Below, piece by piece: positions 9,349-18,968 of a stretch of DNA of 64,000 nucleotides. The DNA is from Cyanobacteriota bacterium (GTDB lineage: Bacteria; Cyanobacteriota; Cyanobacteriia; Thermostichales; Thermostichaceae). The DNA lies in assembly GCA_033764955.1 (NCBI GenBank), contig JANRIL010000024.1:64001-128000 (forward strand), given 5' to 3'. Numbering within the stretch: position 1 is the first letter of the stretch; each line of letters starts with the position of its first letter. The position numbers and the translations under genes were made by a program. The notes beneath the pieces were generated by a model. The model was not told the origin of the DNA, searched no databases, and was given only the letters and a program-made list of their open reading frames with translations.

Positions 9349-10224
9349 CTAAATGTTGCCTTCCAAACCGATCACTCGCTCGTGACCAGCATAAATATTA
9401 AAGCGATCTCCCCGTAAAAACCCAATCAGGGTCAAACCAAATTCGTTAGCCAATTGCACCGCTAAACTGCTCGGAGCCGAAACCGCACAAATCATCGGGA
9501 TCCCGGCGGCTAGACTTTTCTGCAAAATCTCATAACTGGTTCTCCCACTCACCATTAAAATAGACTGGCTCAAAGGAATTTGATCAGCTAAACAGGCAGC
9601 CCCGATGACCTTATCAAGGGCATTATGACGACCCACATCTTCTCGAAGCCACTGCAACCGTCCATCAGCGGTGAAGAGAGCAGCAGCGTGCAGACCCCCC
9701 GTGGAGAAAAATTGTTTTTGCGCTTTTTGTAATTGTTCCGGCAGTTGAGTAATCAAATCTGGAGATATTTGATAGGTGATGGATAAGGGTTGATAACCCC
9801 GTAAGCGCAGGTGGTCGAGATGGAGTTTGCCACAGACACCACAGGCACTATTTACTATAAAATGTCGCTCAAGTTTCCACAGTTCGGGTAGATCTTGGGT
9901 CGTCAATTCAACATTGACAATATTTTCCTGTTGATCGCCGTCTAATCCAGGATCCACACAATAACTTAATCGCTTCACATCCTGACCGGAATGGAGGATC
10001 CCTTCCGTCAATAAAAAGCCTGTGACCAAGTCAAAATCAGCCCCCGGAGTTCGCATGGTTAAAGCTAAGGTTCGGGGCGGATTCACCAGACGAATCTCCA
10101 AAGGTTCTTCAACCGAAACATAATCAAGATGAGGTGAAACCTGTTGGTTTTGAACTCGCCAGAGACGAATTTCGTGTTTATTTTTTTGCTTAGTTGGCTG
10201 TGACCCAGAGTTCATTGTTAACAC
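9349..10224 (-). CDS. fdhD: Formate dehydrogenase accessory sulfurtransferase FdhD
   Basis: EEPLEI, MRTPG, SACGVCG, TGGLHAA, EDVGRHNALDK, SAPSSLA. Confidence 0.93.
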   Translation of the reverse strand: MLTMNSGSQPTKQKNKHEIRLWRVQNQQVSPHLDYVSVEEPLEIRLVNPPRTLALTMRTPGADFDLVTGFLLTEGILHSGQDVKRLSYCVDPGLDGDQQENIVNVELTTQDLPELWKLERHFIVNSACGVCGKLHLDHLRLRGYQPLSITYQISPDLITQLPEQLQKAQKQFFSTGGLHAAALFTADGRLQWLREDVGRHNALDKVIGAACLADQIPLSQSILMVSGRTSYEILQKSLAAGIPMICAVSAPSSLAVQLANEFGLTLIGFLRGDRFNIYAGHERVIGLEGNI

Positions 10225-10276
10225 TCACCAGATAGGCCAGGGTTGATCACTCAGCAGACTGGATCCCCGGACTTGA

Positions 10277-10558
10277 CTAGGGATCCCGAAAGCTCTGCTC
10301 TTCGCCAGACATGGAGGAGGGATCCCGTTGATAGTCTGGGCAGCCCTGGCAGGGGCCAGATGGATTCACCGCACAGCGCAAAAAAGAAGTGTGGGCATTA
10401 AATAAGCAGGAGGGATCCCCGAGGGAAGGAGTCGGACTTTCCCAGACATGGTGACGCATCAACAGCACTTGCCGCCGCCACTCTTGCAAAAATCGCTGAT
10501 AGGCTCGCTCCCGCAGGGAGCGCAAGGCAATGGTATCCAATGGGGGGTCTTTGCTCAT
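10277..10558 (-). CDS. Small Cys-rich cyanobacterial protein (DUF6464-like)
   Basis: GDPSCLFNAHTSFLRCAVNPSGPCQGC motif. Confidence 0.7.
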   Translation of the reverse strand: MSKDPPLDTIALRSLRERAYQRFLQEWRRQVLLMRHHVWESPTPSLGDPSCLFNAHTSFLRCAVNPSGPCQGCPDYQRDPSSMSGEEQSFRDP

Positions 10559-10627
10559 CAGGCACAGGGGAAGCACGTTGTTCTGTGTTCGACTAAACGA
10601 TAGTCTATTCAAGTAATAGCTATGAAA

Positions 10628-10788
10628 TACAGCTTATCCCTAGACTACTGAACACAGCCCTCACCCCCAACCCCCTACAAGATTAGCCCTAAAAAGGGGG
10701 GAACCGGATGCAAAGTCCCTCTTTTTAAGGGGGATTTGGGGGGATCCCGATCCCTCGCGTGTCATCGATAATTTGTGAACAAGCTGTA
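10628..10788. mobile_element. Putative MITE (about 160 bp)
   Basis: Ends TACAGCTT (10628-10635) and AAGCTGTA (10781-10788) are inverted repeats with terminal TA; internal palindromes; related copy at 534-641. Confidence 0.6.
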
Positions 10789-10825
10789 GCAGCACCAAGG
10801 TAAGAAAAACTACGTTTTGCTACTT

Positions 10826-11806
10826 TTATTGAATGATTAAATGATCCGACAGCTCAATATTCACAATCGTATTGGGTTTTAGCGTAACCACACGATCTAT
10901 ATTGGTGGTGCCCGCCGCGGCTCCCGCCATGCTGCCAGCGACAATCGGCAGCAAGCCAAATCCCCCCGTTAGGATCCCTAGTGCTAGCCCGCCTGCGGCT
11001 CCATAGCCAGCTCCCCGCACCACCGTTGTACCCAAGTCTGCTTGGGGATCCATACCCATAGGAAGCAGATCGGACTGACCATTTAATAGATAAGTGGAGG
11101 TTTGTACCGTGACGCGATTCGCCACAAAACGAGTGCCAATCAGCTTATCCTCAACCTCAGCGTTGTCCCCATCAGAGTTGAGGGGACGCCGTTTTTCTAC
11201 CACGGGCTCAAAGGTTCCCCAGACAACGCTGCCCGCCGGGATCACCACCTGACCAAACCGATCCACCACAGGCTCAGATACCTCTAGGTTACCGTTGATC
11301 GCTTGAAAAGGAGGAAAGGTGATTTCTCGATAAACTGTCAAGGGCAGCATGGTGCCAGGGGCTAGTTCCCCCCGGCTGGCTTGGTCAGCTACGGATCCAG
11401 GGGCAATTCCGGGTTGCCGTTGATAAGTATAGGCATCGCTGGTCGCCGCCGGAGCCACAGGCACCACAGGGATAGCGGGATCCACCGGATTGCTGATCAC
11501 CGCTTGATTGGGAACAGGGGGAAGGGGTTGGCTGGGGGATAGTGTGGGATCCAAGGGCAGAGAGGGCAGTGGGGTGGAATAAACCACCTGTTCTTGGCTC
11601 TCTGGCAAAATCGGCAGGGTGGGAATAGTCCCTTCGGCGGGCATGGTGGATAAATTGGGGTCTGCCGCGGTTGGGTTTACCGTCGACGTATCAACTGTCG
11701 GTTTGGTAAAGTCAAATTCTTGTGCGTAGCTGATAGAGGTGCTAAACAGACTCCAGGCAACCAGGTGGTGGGTGAGAAGTAATACCGAAGCTAAACGACG
11801 CATCAT
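10826..11806 (-). CDS. Secreted proline-rich hypothetical protein with C-terminal glycine zipper
   Basis: Signal-like MMRRLASVLLL..SYA, Pro-rich linker, GAGYGAAGGLALGILTGG. Confidence 0.7.
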   Translation of the reverse strand: MMRRLASVLLLTHHLVAWSLFSTSISYAQEFDFTKPTVDTSTVNPTAADPNLSTMPAEGTIPTLPILPESQEQVVYSTPLPSLPLDPTLSPSQPLPPVPNQAVISNPVDPAIPVVPVAPAATSDAYTYQRQPGIAPGSVADQASRGELAPGTMLPLTVYREITFPPFQAINGNLEVSEPVVDRFGQVVIPAGSVVWGTFEPVVEKRRPLNSDGDNAEVEDKLIGTRFVANRVTVQTSTYLLNGQSDLLPMGMDPQADLGTTVVRGAGYGAAGGLALGILTGGFGLLPIVAGSMAGAAAGTTNIDRVVTLKPNTIVNIELSDHLIIQ

Positions 11807-11986
11807 CAAGTTCCCCTTGCTGCGGATCGACATAGGCTGGCAGTAGCTTAACACCCTCGTGCCCATTTGCCTACTATATGTAGTAGACTTAACCACCTTA
11901 ATCTAAGGTTTGCCACTAAATGCCGCAGGGATCCATTTGCTGTTCAAGAGTAGGAAATAATCAGGCAGGATCATCGGGAGCTAGGG

Positions 11987-12601
11987 ATGCTGTTGGATGC
12001 CTTAATCTTGGCGGGGGGAGAGAGTTCTCGCATGGGATCCGACAAAGCGCTCCTGGATTGGCAGGGGGAGCCCATGCTGCGGTGGGTGGCTAGGGCGGCG
12101 GCTAGCTGCTGTGAGCATATTTACGTGCTCACCACTTGGGCGGAACGCTATCAAGCCATTGCCGATGACGACTGGATATTTTTGCCGGAATCCCAAACCC
12201 GCCGTGGCGCGCTCTTAGCCTTTGCCGAGGGGTTCCACCAGATCATGGAGCACCCAAACCGAGCTACCACCTCTCCAGCCGAACGCTGGGTATTGCTGCT
12301 GGCTTGTGATTTACCCCGCCTGGATCCCTCGATCCTCCGGTTGTGGAGTCAACAAATTCCCCCACTTTCCCCGACTGTGCAGGCGCTTGTGCCGTGGCGC
12401 TCCGGCTATTGGGATCCCTTATGTGGGTTTTATCGGTTCACCTGTCACCCCTCGCTAGCCGCTTTTGTTGAGGCGGGGGGGCGCTCCTTTCAGCGTTGGT
12501 TGGAGGAACTGCCCGCTCATCCCCTCCACCCGACGGATCTGGAAGCCTTGATGCTCTGGAATTGCAACTATCCTGCGGATCTGATCTTGCCGAACATTTA
12601 G
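11987..12601 (+). CDS. mobA: Molybdenum cofactor guanylyltransferase
   Basis: LILAGGESSRMGSDKA, LLACDLP, NCNYPAD. Confidence 0.9.
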   Translation: MLLDALILAGGESSRMGSDKALLDWQGEPMLRWVARAAASCCEHIYVLTTWAERYQAIADDDWIFLPESQTRRGALLAFAEGFHQIMEHPNRATTSPAERWVLLLACDLPRLDPSILRLWSQQIPPLSPTVQALVPWRSGYWDPLCGFYRFTCHPSLAAFVEAGGRSFQRWLEELPAHPLHPTDLEALMLWNCNYPADLILPNI

Positions 12602-12809
12602 GTCAGGTTGAAGGAGGGATCCCTTATCGGCTTTTAGAACTCATTAATCAGGCGGAATTCAACCAAGATTTTCAGTTTCTTAAGGAGTTTGAGGCTCAAT
12701 AATTGTTGTCTCTGGCACCTCTCCAATTTGCTATCTGTTGCGCATTAATGACCAAGACCAGCGGCGGCAAACAACCTCGGCAACTTGACCAAGACTCTCG
12801 ACCATCTGC

Positions 12810-13169
12810 TTCGTCGACAGGTTATATGGTCATGCATGCGTTTCCAGGTACCGTCATCCCGCCACTAGCGAAAGTAGTAGTAGACGGTGGAGGAGGGAGG
12901 AAAGTCTTTGGGCAATAAACGCCACACACAGCCAGCAACCAGAATATAGAGGATTGCCTGCAACACCTGGCATCAGTTGACTTGTCTGGAACGACCAACG
13001 TCCTTGGGGGGGAAGTAATGAGGCTAAGAGATCCCATTGGTCGGGGGTGAGGTCACTGGCATAGACTGGATGCATCGCTCTTTGGGGAGCTGTAGTTGGA
13101 AATTTCAGCCTAAACCCCAAGGAGTTTTTCTCCCCCTTGTATCTTTTGTTGAGTTTCCAAACATCCTCT
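12810..13169 (-). pseudogene. IS5-family transposase remnant with one IS end
   Basis: YASDLTPDQW (start 13075), frameshift, then [37 protein letters not shown] with TAG at 12865-12867; AGAGGATGTTTGGAA end at 13169-13155; no DDE domain or second end seen. Confidence 0.8.
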
Positions 13170-13293
13170 CAAACTGGATGCCGATTGTCTCAACCGACCA
13201 TCTTCAAGAATGTCCTCAGAGACTGCCTGAGAAGCCTAACAAGTTACGCTTCAGCCAGCCGCTACCATAACAGCCACGGATTACCTGCAAAAA

Positions 13294-14043
13294 ATGATCG
13301 ATATGTCAACTCCCACGTCAGAAGGGCTACCCAGGGATCCGGATCCCTCAGTAACCGTCTCCGTTGCTCGTCGCGTCAAACCGGGATGTGAGGCTGAGTT
13401 TGAGGCTTTTTTAGTAGGAATTACGACGGCTTGTCGTCAATTTCCGGGCTACTTGGGCAGTCAGATGTTTCCGCCCGTCAATCATCAAGATCCCGAATAT
13501 CGGGTGATGTTTACGTTTGATCGTCTCAGCAACCTACGCCGTTGGGAAGCATCGGCTGAGCGTCAGGCTTGGTTTGCGAGAGCCGAACCCCTCACCCTCA
13601 GTCCCCCACAAATTCAGGTGCTAACTGGGTTGGAAAGCTGGTTTACGCTCCCAGGAAAGCCCGCCATCACCCCTCCCCCTCGTTACAAGATGGCAGTGGT
13701 GACCTGGCTGACAGTTTTTCCTCTGATCACGTTGATCTCTGAAATCCTCCAGCCCATTCTCGGACAATTACCCCTGGTGGAGCGGGTTGCCTTGGTGACT
13801 GGGATTGCAGTTCCAGTTATGACCTATCTGCTCATGCCCCAAGTGACGAAATGGGCGGCGGGTTGGCTGTATGCTGAAGAAAGCATCCCACCATCCCCAA
13901 CGGATGAACCACTCACCCCGGAAGAACAGGAGCTAGGAGCAATCCCCTCAATCCTATTCTCCTCCTTGCCCATAACCGATAAACAGCCTGCCCCGGAAGA
14001 ACGGGATCCCGATCCCATTCACCCGTCTTTCTTCACAAGCTGA
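13294..14043 (+). CDS. Antibiotic biosynthesis monooxygenase-like membrane protein
   Basis: VTVSVARRVKPG..FPGYLG..WEASAER, TGLESWF, PPRYK and two TM segments. Confidence 0.8.
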   Translation: MIDMSTPTSEGLPRDPDPSVTVSVARRVKPGCEAEFEAFLVGITTACRQFPGYLGSQMFPPVNHQDPEYRVMFTFDRLSNLRRWEASAERQAWFARAEPLTLSPPQIQVLTGLESWFTLPGKPAITPPPRYKMAVVTWLTVFPLITLISEILQPILGQLPLVERVALVTGIAVPVMTYLLMPQVTKWAAGWLYAEESIPPSPTDEPLTPEEQELGAIPSILFSSLPITDKQPAPEERDPDPIHPSFFTS

Positions 14044-14175
14044 AGCCCTATCGATATCTGTTTTCTCGTTTTGACAAGGCCGAGAAAGGATGGGCTTGTC
14101 AGAAAGGGCAAGTCTGAGCAAAATTATGGAAGAATCCTTAAATCTTTTACCGTCGCGCGCAAGGAAGCTCTTACT

Positions 14176-14457
14176 GTGTCCACCGAGGTTCTCGTCAAGA
14201 GTTCAACAGCCCGAAAACACATGCCCATGTATCGGGTGTTGCTGCATAACGACGACTTTAATTCGATGGAGCATGTCGTCGAGGTATTAATTGCCACTAT
14301 TCCCGGAATGCAGCCCCCCCAAGCCACCGAAATCATGTTGGAAGCCCACAATAATGGCATGGCGGTGGTGATTATTGTTCCCCAGGAGCACGCTGAGTTT
14401 TATTGTGAACAACTGAAACTGCATGGGTTGTTTAGCTCGATTGAACCGGAGTGCTAA
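14176..14457 (+). CDS. clpS: Clp protease adaptor ClpS
   Basis: YRVLLHNDDFNSMEHVV, MLEAHNNG, EHAEFYCE; GTG start 14176 after AAGGA. Confidence 0.93.
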   Translation: MSTEVLVKSSTARKHMPMYRVLLHNDDFNSMEHVVEVLIATIPGMQPPQATEIMLEAHNNGMAVVIIVPQEHAEFYCEQLKLHGLFSSIEPEC

Positions 14458-14460
14458 GGG

Positions 14461-15282
14461 GTGTCTATCCTCTTGACTTGGCCGTTTCCGCTACGGTTTC
14501 TGACCTTTTTGTTGGTATTAGTGCTGGGTTGGTTGCCCATAGCCGCTCTTTTGTGGTTGAGCATCCCCCCCGCACGAGATTATGTCTGGATTCCGCTCTA
14601 CGCATGGTTGCTGATCCTGTTGTGGCAGTGGGGATCCCGTGTCTGGCGGTATGAGCGCCCTTTTATCTCTTATGGTTTGACGGGGGATCCCTTGTTTCGT
14701 CAAGAGTTAGGGTTGGGTTTGCTGCTGGGGGTAGTGGGTCTCTTTTTGCTATTTGGACTGCAAGGCTGGTTGGGCTGGTTGGAATGGCAGCCGATCGAGG
14801 GCATGACGTTGATCCTCACCCTGGGAGTGGGCTTGGTTTTGGGTCTGGGGGTGGCGCTGGTGGAGGAATTGGTGTTTCGCGGCTGGCTACTTAACGAACT
14901 GCGCCAGGATTACGGTCTGTGGAGGGGAGCCTTCATCAGTGCCCTGATTTTTGCGATAGCCCATTTTCTTAAGCCGTTGCCCCAGACTATCGAAAGTTGG
15001 CCGCAGTTTCCGGGCTTATGGATAATGGGTTGGCTGTTGGTGGAGGCTCGTCAGGAGCGGGGAGATCGCCTCAGTTTAGGCATGGGATTACATGCGGGCT
15101 GGATCTGGGGGATTACGTTGGTGAATACCCTGGGTTGGGTGGAATATACGCAGCGAGTGCCTGCCTGGGTAACAGGGGTGGGGGGCAATCCGTTGGCGGG
15201 CATCCTAGGAGTCTTGTTTTTGCTTTTGACCAGCCAAGGCTTGAAAATGTTGCCGAATCGACTGTGGCCTGCTGGGGAATGA
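14461..15282 (+). CDS. CPBP (CAAX/Abi) intramembrane metalloprotease
   Basis: EELVFRG, FAIAH, GLHAGW; multiple TM segments. Confidence 0.9.
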   Translation: MSILLTWPFPLRFLTFLLVLVLGWLPIAALLWLSIPPARDYVWIPLYAWLLILLWQWGSRVWRYERPFISYGLTGDPLFRQELGLGLLLGVVGLFLLFGLQGWLGWLEWQPIEGMTLILTLGVGLVLGLGVALVEELVFRGWLLNELRQDYGLWRGAFISALIFAIAHFLKPLPQTIESWPQFPGLWIMGWLLVEARQERGDRLSLGMGLHAGWIWGITLVNTLGWVEYTQRVPAWVTGVGGNPLAGILGVLFLLLTSQGLKMLPNRLWPAGE

Positions 15283-15329
15283 GCGCCAACTAGGCTAAGA
15301 TTTCTTCGCACCGCTTCCTCAGGGTAGGG

Positions 15330-16307
15330 ATGGATCCCGTTCAACTATTGGCTATTTTGGCAACGGCGATTGCCACCTCGACTCCCTTGGTTTTGGCTTG
15401 TTTGGGGGAAACCATCAGTGAGCGAGCGGGGGTGATCAACCTCTCGGCGGAAGGAACCATCATGCTGGGAGCCATGACCGGATTTGCGGCAGCTTATGCC
15501 ACAGGTCAGATCTGGTTGGGCTTTTTGGCGGCGGCAGGGGTGGGGGCGGGGGTAGCGCTGATTGTCGCCTTCGCCGCCATCACTCTCCAGCAATCTCAGA
15601 TCGCCATTGGCTTTGTTTTGGCTCTGTGGGCGGCGGATCTCTCCTCTTTTTTGGGCAACGCTTTTGTGCGGATCCCAGGGCCGACAGTCCCCAGTTGGAA
15701 GCTACCTATCCTGCACCAAATTCCTGGAGTGGGATCCCTTTTGTTCGCCAGTGATGGCTTGGTCTACCTCACCTACCTGCTGATTGCCATCAGCAGTATC
15801 TTCTTCTATCGCACCCGTGCTGGTTTGGTGTTGCGGATGATTGGAGAACAGCCAGCGGCTGCTTTTGCCCGTGGGATCCCTGTGGTCTATTGGCGCTATT
15901 TTTATACCCTACTGGGGGGAAGCTTGCTCGGTATCGCCGGGGCTGCTTTTTCCCTCGACTTTAAGGCAGGCTGGAGTCACCGTCATACGGCAGGTTATGG
16001 CTGGATTGCCCTAGCGATTGTGATTTTTGGGGGTTGGGATCCCCTCAAGTCTGCCCTGGGAGCCTATTTGTTTGGCATCCTGCAATCGTTGGCCAGTGTT
16101 GCTCAAAGTCAGATTCGGTTTATCCCCACCCAGGTATTTAGTGTGGCTCCCTTTGTTGTGATGATCTTGGTGCTGGTCTTGACTTCTGGACAATGGCTAG
16201 AGCGATTGTTGGATCCCTTGCCCTACCATTGGCGACATCGATTGCTGAAAATTCTTCGATCGACTCCCCCTGCTGCATTGGGTCAAAGTTTCAACCCTGA
16301 TCCCTAA
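15330..16307 (+). CDS. ABC transporter permease (nucleoside/sugar type)
   Basis: GETISERAGVINLSAEG, GEQPAAA, GYGWIALAIVIFGGW. Confidence 0.88.
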   Translation: MDPVQLLAILATAIATSTPLVLACLGETISERAGVINLSAEGTIMLGAMTGFAAAYATGQIWLGFLAAAGVGAGVALIVAFAAITLQQSQIAIGFVLALWAADLSSFLGNAFVRIPGPTVPSWKLPILHQIPGVGSLLFASDGLVYLTYLLIAISSIFFYRTRAGLVLRMIGEQPAAAFARGIPVVYWRYFYTLLGGSLLGIAGAAFSLDFKAGWSHRHTAGYGWIALAIVIFGGWDPLKSALGAYLFGILQSLASVAQSQIRFIPTQVFSVAPFVVMILVLVLTSGQWLERLLDPLPYHWRHRLLKILRSTPPAALGQSFNPDP

Positions 16308-16359
16308 CCATGAAAGCTTAGGGTAAATTTGCCAATGCTTAATCCCCCAAAATCTTCGA

Positions 16360-16893
16360 TTAAGGAAGGTGCTTAACCAAAAGAGTTTGGGTAGGAAATC
16401 CTAACCAACACCAAGCATGACGAATTTGGAGTAGGGAACGATAATGAAGCTGCTGATAAAGCCCATAAGCAGCATGGTTATTGCTCAATACATGCAGATA
16501 AAGACTGCGATATCCCCAAACTTGCACAACCCCTTCAGCCGAAAGCAGCAACTGCCGACCCACCCCCTGCCGTTGCCATTCGGGTAGCACAGCCAAGTTA
16601 GAAATATAGGGCAGTTGTCCCCGCCCTGCCATCCAGGAGAGGTAACGCAAAGAAATCTCCAACGTGCCAATAATCTGATTTCCCTGCCAGGCTGCTAAGC
16701 AACAATAATGGAGATGTCGAGAGGAGAATCGCTGCTTTAGATCCTCTCGGATACCGATTTTGCGAATGGGAAAGAGCAGTTTCTGCAACCCCCGTGGGGG
16801 ATGAAAGGCTTGGGCCAAAACTTCCGCCAATTCAGGCAAATCGGCAACTGTTGCCGGATAGATGGACAACGATTGTGGAGGGGTAAATAGCAA
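16360..16893 (-). CDS. GNAT N-acetyltransferase
   Basis: YISNLAV..RQGVGRQLL, LYLHV..N..AYGLY. Confidence 0.88.
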   Translation of the reverse strand: MLFTPPQSLSIYPATVADLPELAEVLAQAFHPPRGLQKLLFPIRKIGIREDLKQRFSSRHLHYCCLAAWQGNQIIGTLEISLRYLSWMAGRGQLPYISNLAVLPEWQRQGVGRQLLLSAEGVVQVWGYRSLYLHVLSNNHAAYGLYQQLHYRSLLQIRHAWCWLGFPTQTLLVKHLP

Positions 16894-17081
16894 AGCCCTG
16901 AGATTTTACAATGGCATCGCTACTATCTTGACCTAACCCGACAGGTCAACGCCGCTCATAAACAAAAAGTTTTTGTTAACTTACCACGGTTTATCTCATC
17001 GATCCTGTCCACGGATCTTGACGAGAGGGGAATCAGCCAGTAGAAAACTAGGGATCCCAACGCAATCCCATAGATACAATC

Positions 17082-17110
17082 AAAAGCGATGGCCGAGTTT
17101 AGACCATCGC
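17082..17110 (-). terminator. Rho-independent terminator
   Basis: Minus strand GCGAUGGUC-UAAACUC-GGCCAUCGC (9-bp stem with one G-U) followed by UUUUGAUUGU. Confidence 0.7.
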
Positions 17111-17220
17111 CTCCGATTATTTTATCGACATTCATGAAAAACAGATGTTTTTAGAGAACAGCCTCTAGGCTGTGATGAAGAGAAACTAATTCAGTTGTGG
17201 TAGCTTTTGTAGCCTCTTGC

Positions 17221-17305
17221 AGACAAAATACAGACAAAAAGGTAAACAAGGGTTAGACAATCACTAGACAAAAGTCATGGACAAAAGAAACAAAACCAAA
17301 ACAAA
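17221..17305. repeat. Array of eight RACAA motifs with about 11-bp period
   Basis: ACAA cores start at 17223, 17234, 17246, 17257, 17268, 17281, 17290 and 17301. Confidence 0.7.
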
Positions 17306-17458
17306 TGTCTTGTTTGAGCCTTCCTCGTTCTCATCATGACTCTCCCCGGTTAGAGGCTAATTATCTAGCCTAACCAGATGCTGAATCCTCTTACGTTGGC
17401 AGAACCCATGACCAGCCGCGACCCTAGTGACCAGAAAGCCTAACTCGCAAGCTCCCTG

Positions 17459-17614
17459 TTACTCTAAGTCACTGGCATAGCACGTTGAACCATCACGCTT
17501 ATAAATATCATCCGTGATGGGCTGAAATCCTACTTTCTGTAGATCTGATTCCGCAGGAGCAAACACACGAACAATAGCCTTAGCTATTTGCTGAAAGAAC
17601 CGCAACATAATCAT
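17459..17614 (-). CDS. 51-aa small protein, not in ORF track
   Basis: GGAGGG SD then MIMLRFFQQIAKAIVRVFAPAESDLQKVGFQPITDDIYKRDGSTCYASDLE; resembles a cyanobacterial 'ARIFSP..D.YP..GVQPF' microprotein family as I recall it. Confidence 0.65.
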   Translation of the reverse strand: MIMLRFFQQIAKAIVRVFAPAESDLQKVGFQPITDDIYKRDGSTCYASDLE

Positions 17615-18690
17615 GCCCTCCTAAAGCGACACTACTTGGGTTCTGCTCAAGCTTGACAACACTTATCCTAAATTAACCTCGGAATAAAGTGTTATGGGTG
17701 ACGATGGAATGCTCAACAATGACGATAGACTTATTTTGGCTCACTATAAAAGCAAAAGCACTCAGCTAATCAATCTCAATCTTTAATGAAGAGAAAAATT
17801 GAAGTTCAAACAAGATGTTAATCATAACTCTTGATGATTAATCTTGATGGCTGACTTCCGTGAAACATGAAGGGAGAAACGATTAGCCAATGTGATTTGC
17901 TGTGAGTCTATTGCTTGCCGGATCTAATACTTCGGGATCCGAAATCGGGTCTGAGTTTAGGCTGTAGTAAACATCAGAGGGAAGGGTGATCGACAGAGTA
18001 TAGATCGACTGATTTGAACCAACCAGATTGATAACCTCCTTTCCAGAAACCCTACATCCTTAATATAGTTATTTCAACTTCTCATGACAAGTGAATGCAA
18101 ATGTTCTTAACGAGCGAAGTCAATCCTTAACCTATGCTATGAAATCCTCTATCAATCCCCTCAAGTTTCTGCAATATTATCCAGCCTGCTGACTAGATGT
18201 AGTATCATATTAAAGCCTTTACGCCAATCAAAGCTTTGCCTAGAGGGAGTTTTCGATTCTTTTAGGCTGAATAACTATTCACCACAAAAACTGGGATCCT
18301 CAGAGCAGGCCCACTAGCCTGTGGTTAATTGATGATTAATTTATGTGGCCATTTTGCCACTTTCATCAGACTCTTCTACCGTCTTTATGCTAAAATTCAA
18401 TAGCCTCCTATTTGAAATTAGACTTCCACGTCAAATCCTTTCAGCTCTACTTGCTTCCGCCTGATATCCCTTACTGGATATCTCTTCATAAGATCTCGCG
18501 CAAGTGTCATGAAATCTGGGTAAATCTGTGGGAATCTGGCTTTGTTAAGGGAGGGGAAGGAGCTTTACGACTTGTTTGCCGGCTCACCCTTGTTTCCTTT
18601 ACATTTTGTAATTTCCTGAGACCGGATCCCACCCATGTTAAACTCTGTTGCAATGCTGAGTCATTGCGTTTTCTGAGGACACACTTACCT

Positions 18691-18828
18691 ATGCAAGCCA
18701 TGCTCCTGTTGGCTAGCCTGCCCGAAGGCTACGAACTGTTTGATCCCCTCGTGGATTTGCTGCCTGTGATTCCCCTGCTATTTTTCCTGCTAGCCTTTGT
18801 TTGGCAAGCAGCGGTTGGATTTAAGTAA
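18691..18828 (+). CDS. psbK: Photosystem II reaction centre protein K
   Basis: [39 protein letters not shown]. Confidence 0.97.
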   Translation: MQAMLLLASLPEGYELFDPLVDLLPVIPLLFFLLAFVWQAAVGFK

Positions 18829-18968
18829 AATGATGATCTAGCTGGGATCCTTCCTCCCCTTTGAATGACCTGTAGGACTTCAGAAGGAGCGTGCAAAGGG
18901 ATCCCTATCCAGTCTAAAATTTTTCAGGTCGGGCGCAAGTCCGGCCTTTTTGAGTGGAGTGAAAGGGG

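Noticed and set aside
17275..17337. 20-aa minus-strand ORF MMRTRKAQTRHLFWFCFFCP after GGGGAG
   Set aside because: Too short to support; its composition follows from the U-rich repeat, which continues past the stop
18412..18690. N-terminal extension of psbK in the ORF track
   Set aside because: PsbK similarity starts at ATG 18691
16894..18690. oriC or CRISPR array in the long intergenic gap
   Set aside because: No clustered TTATCCACA boxes seen, no dnaA/dnaN nearby, and no repeat-spacer pattern
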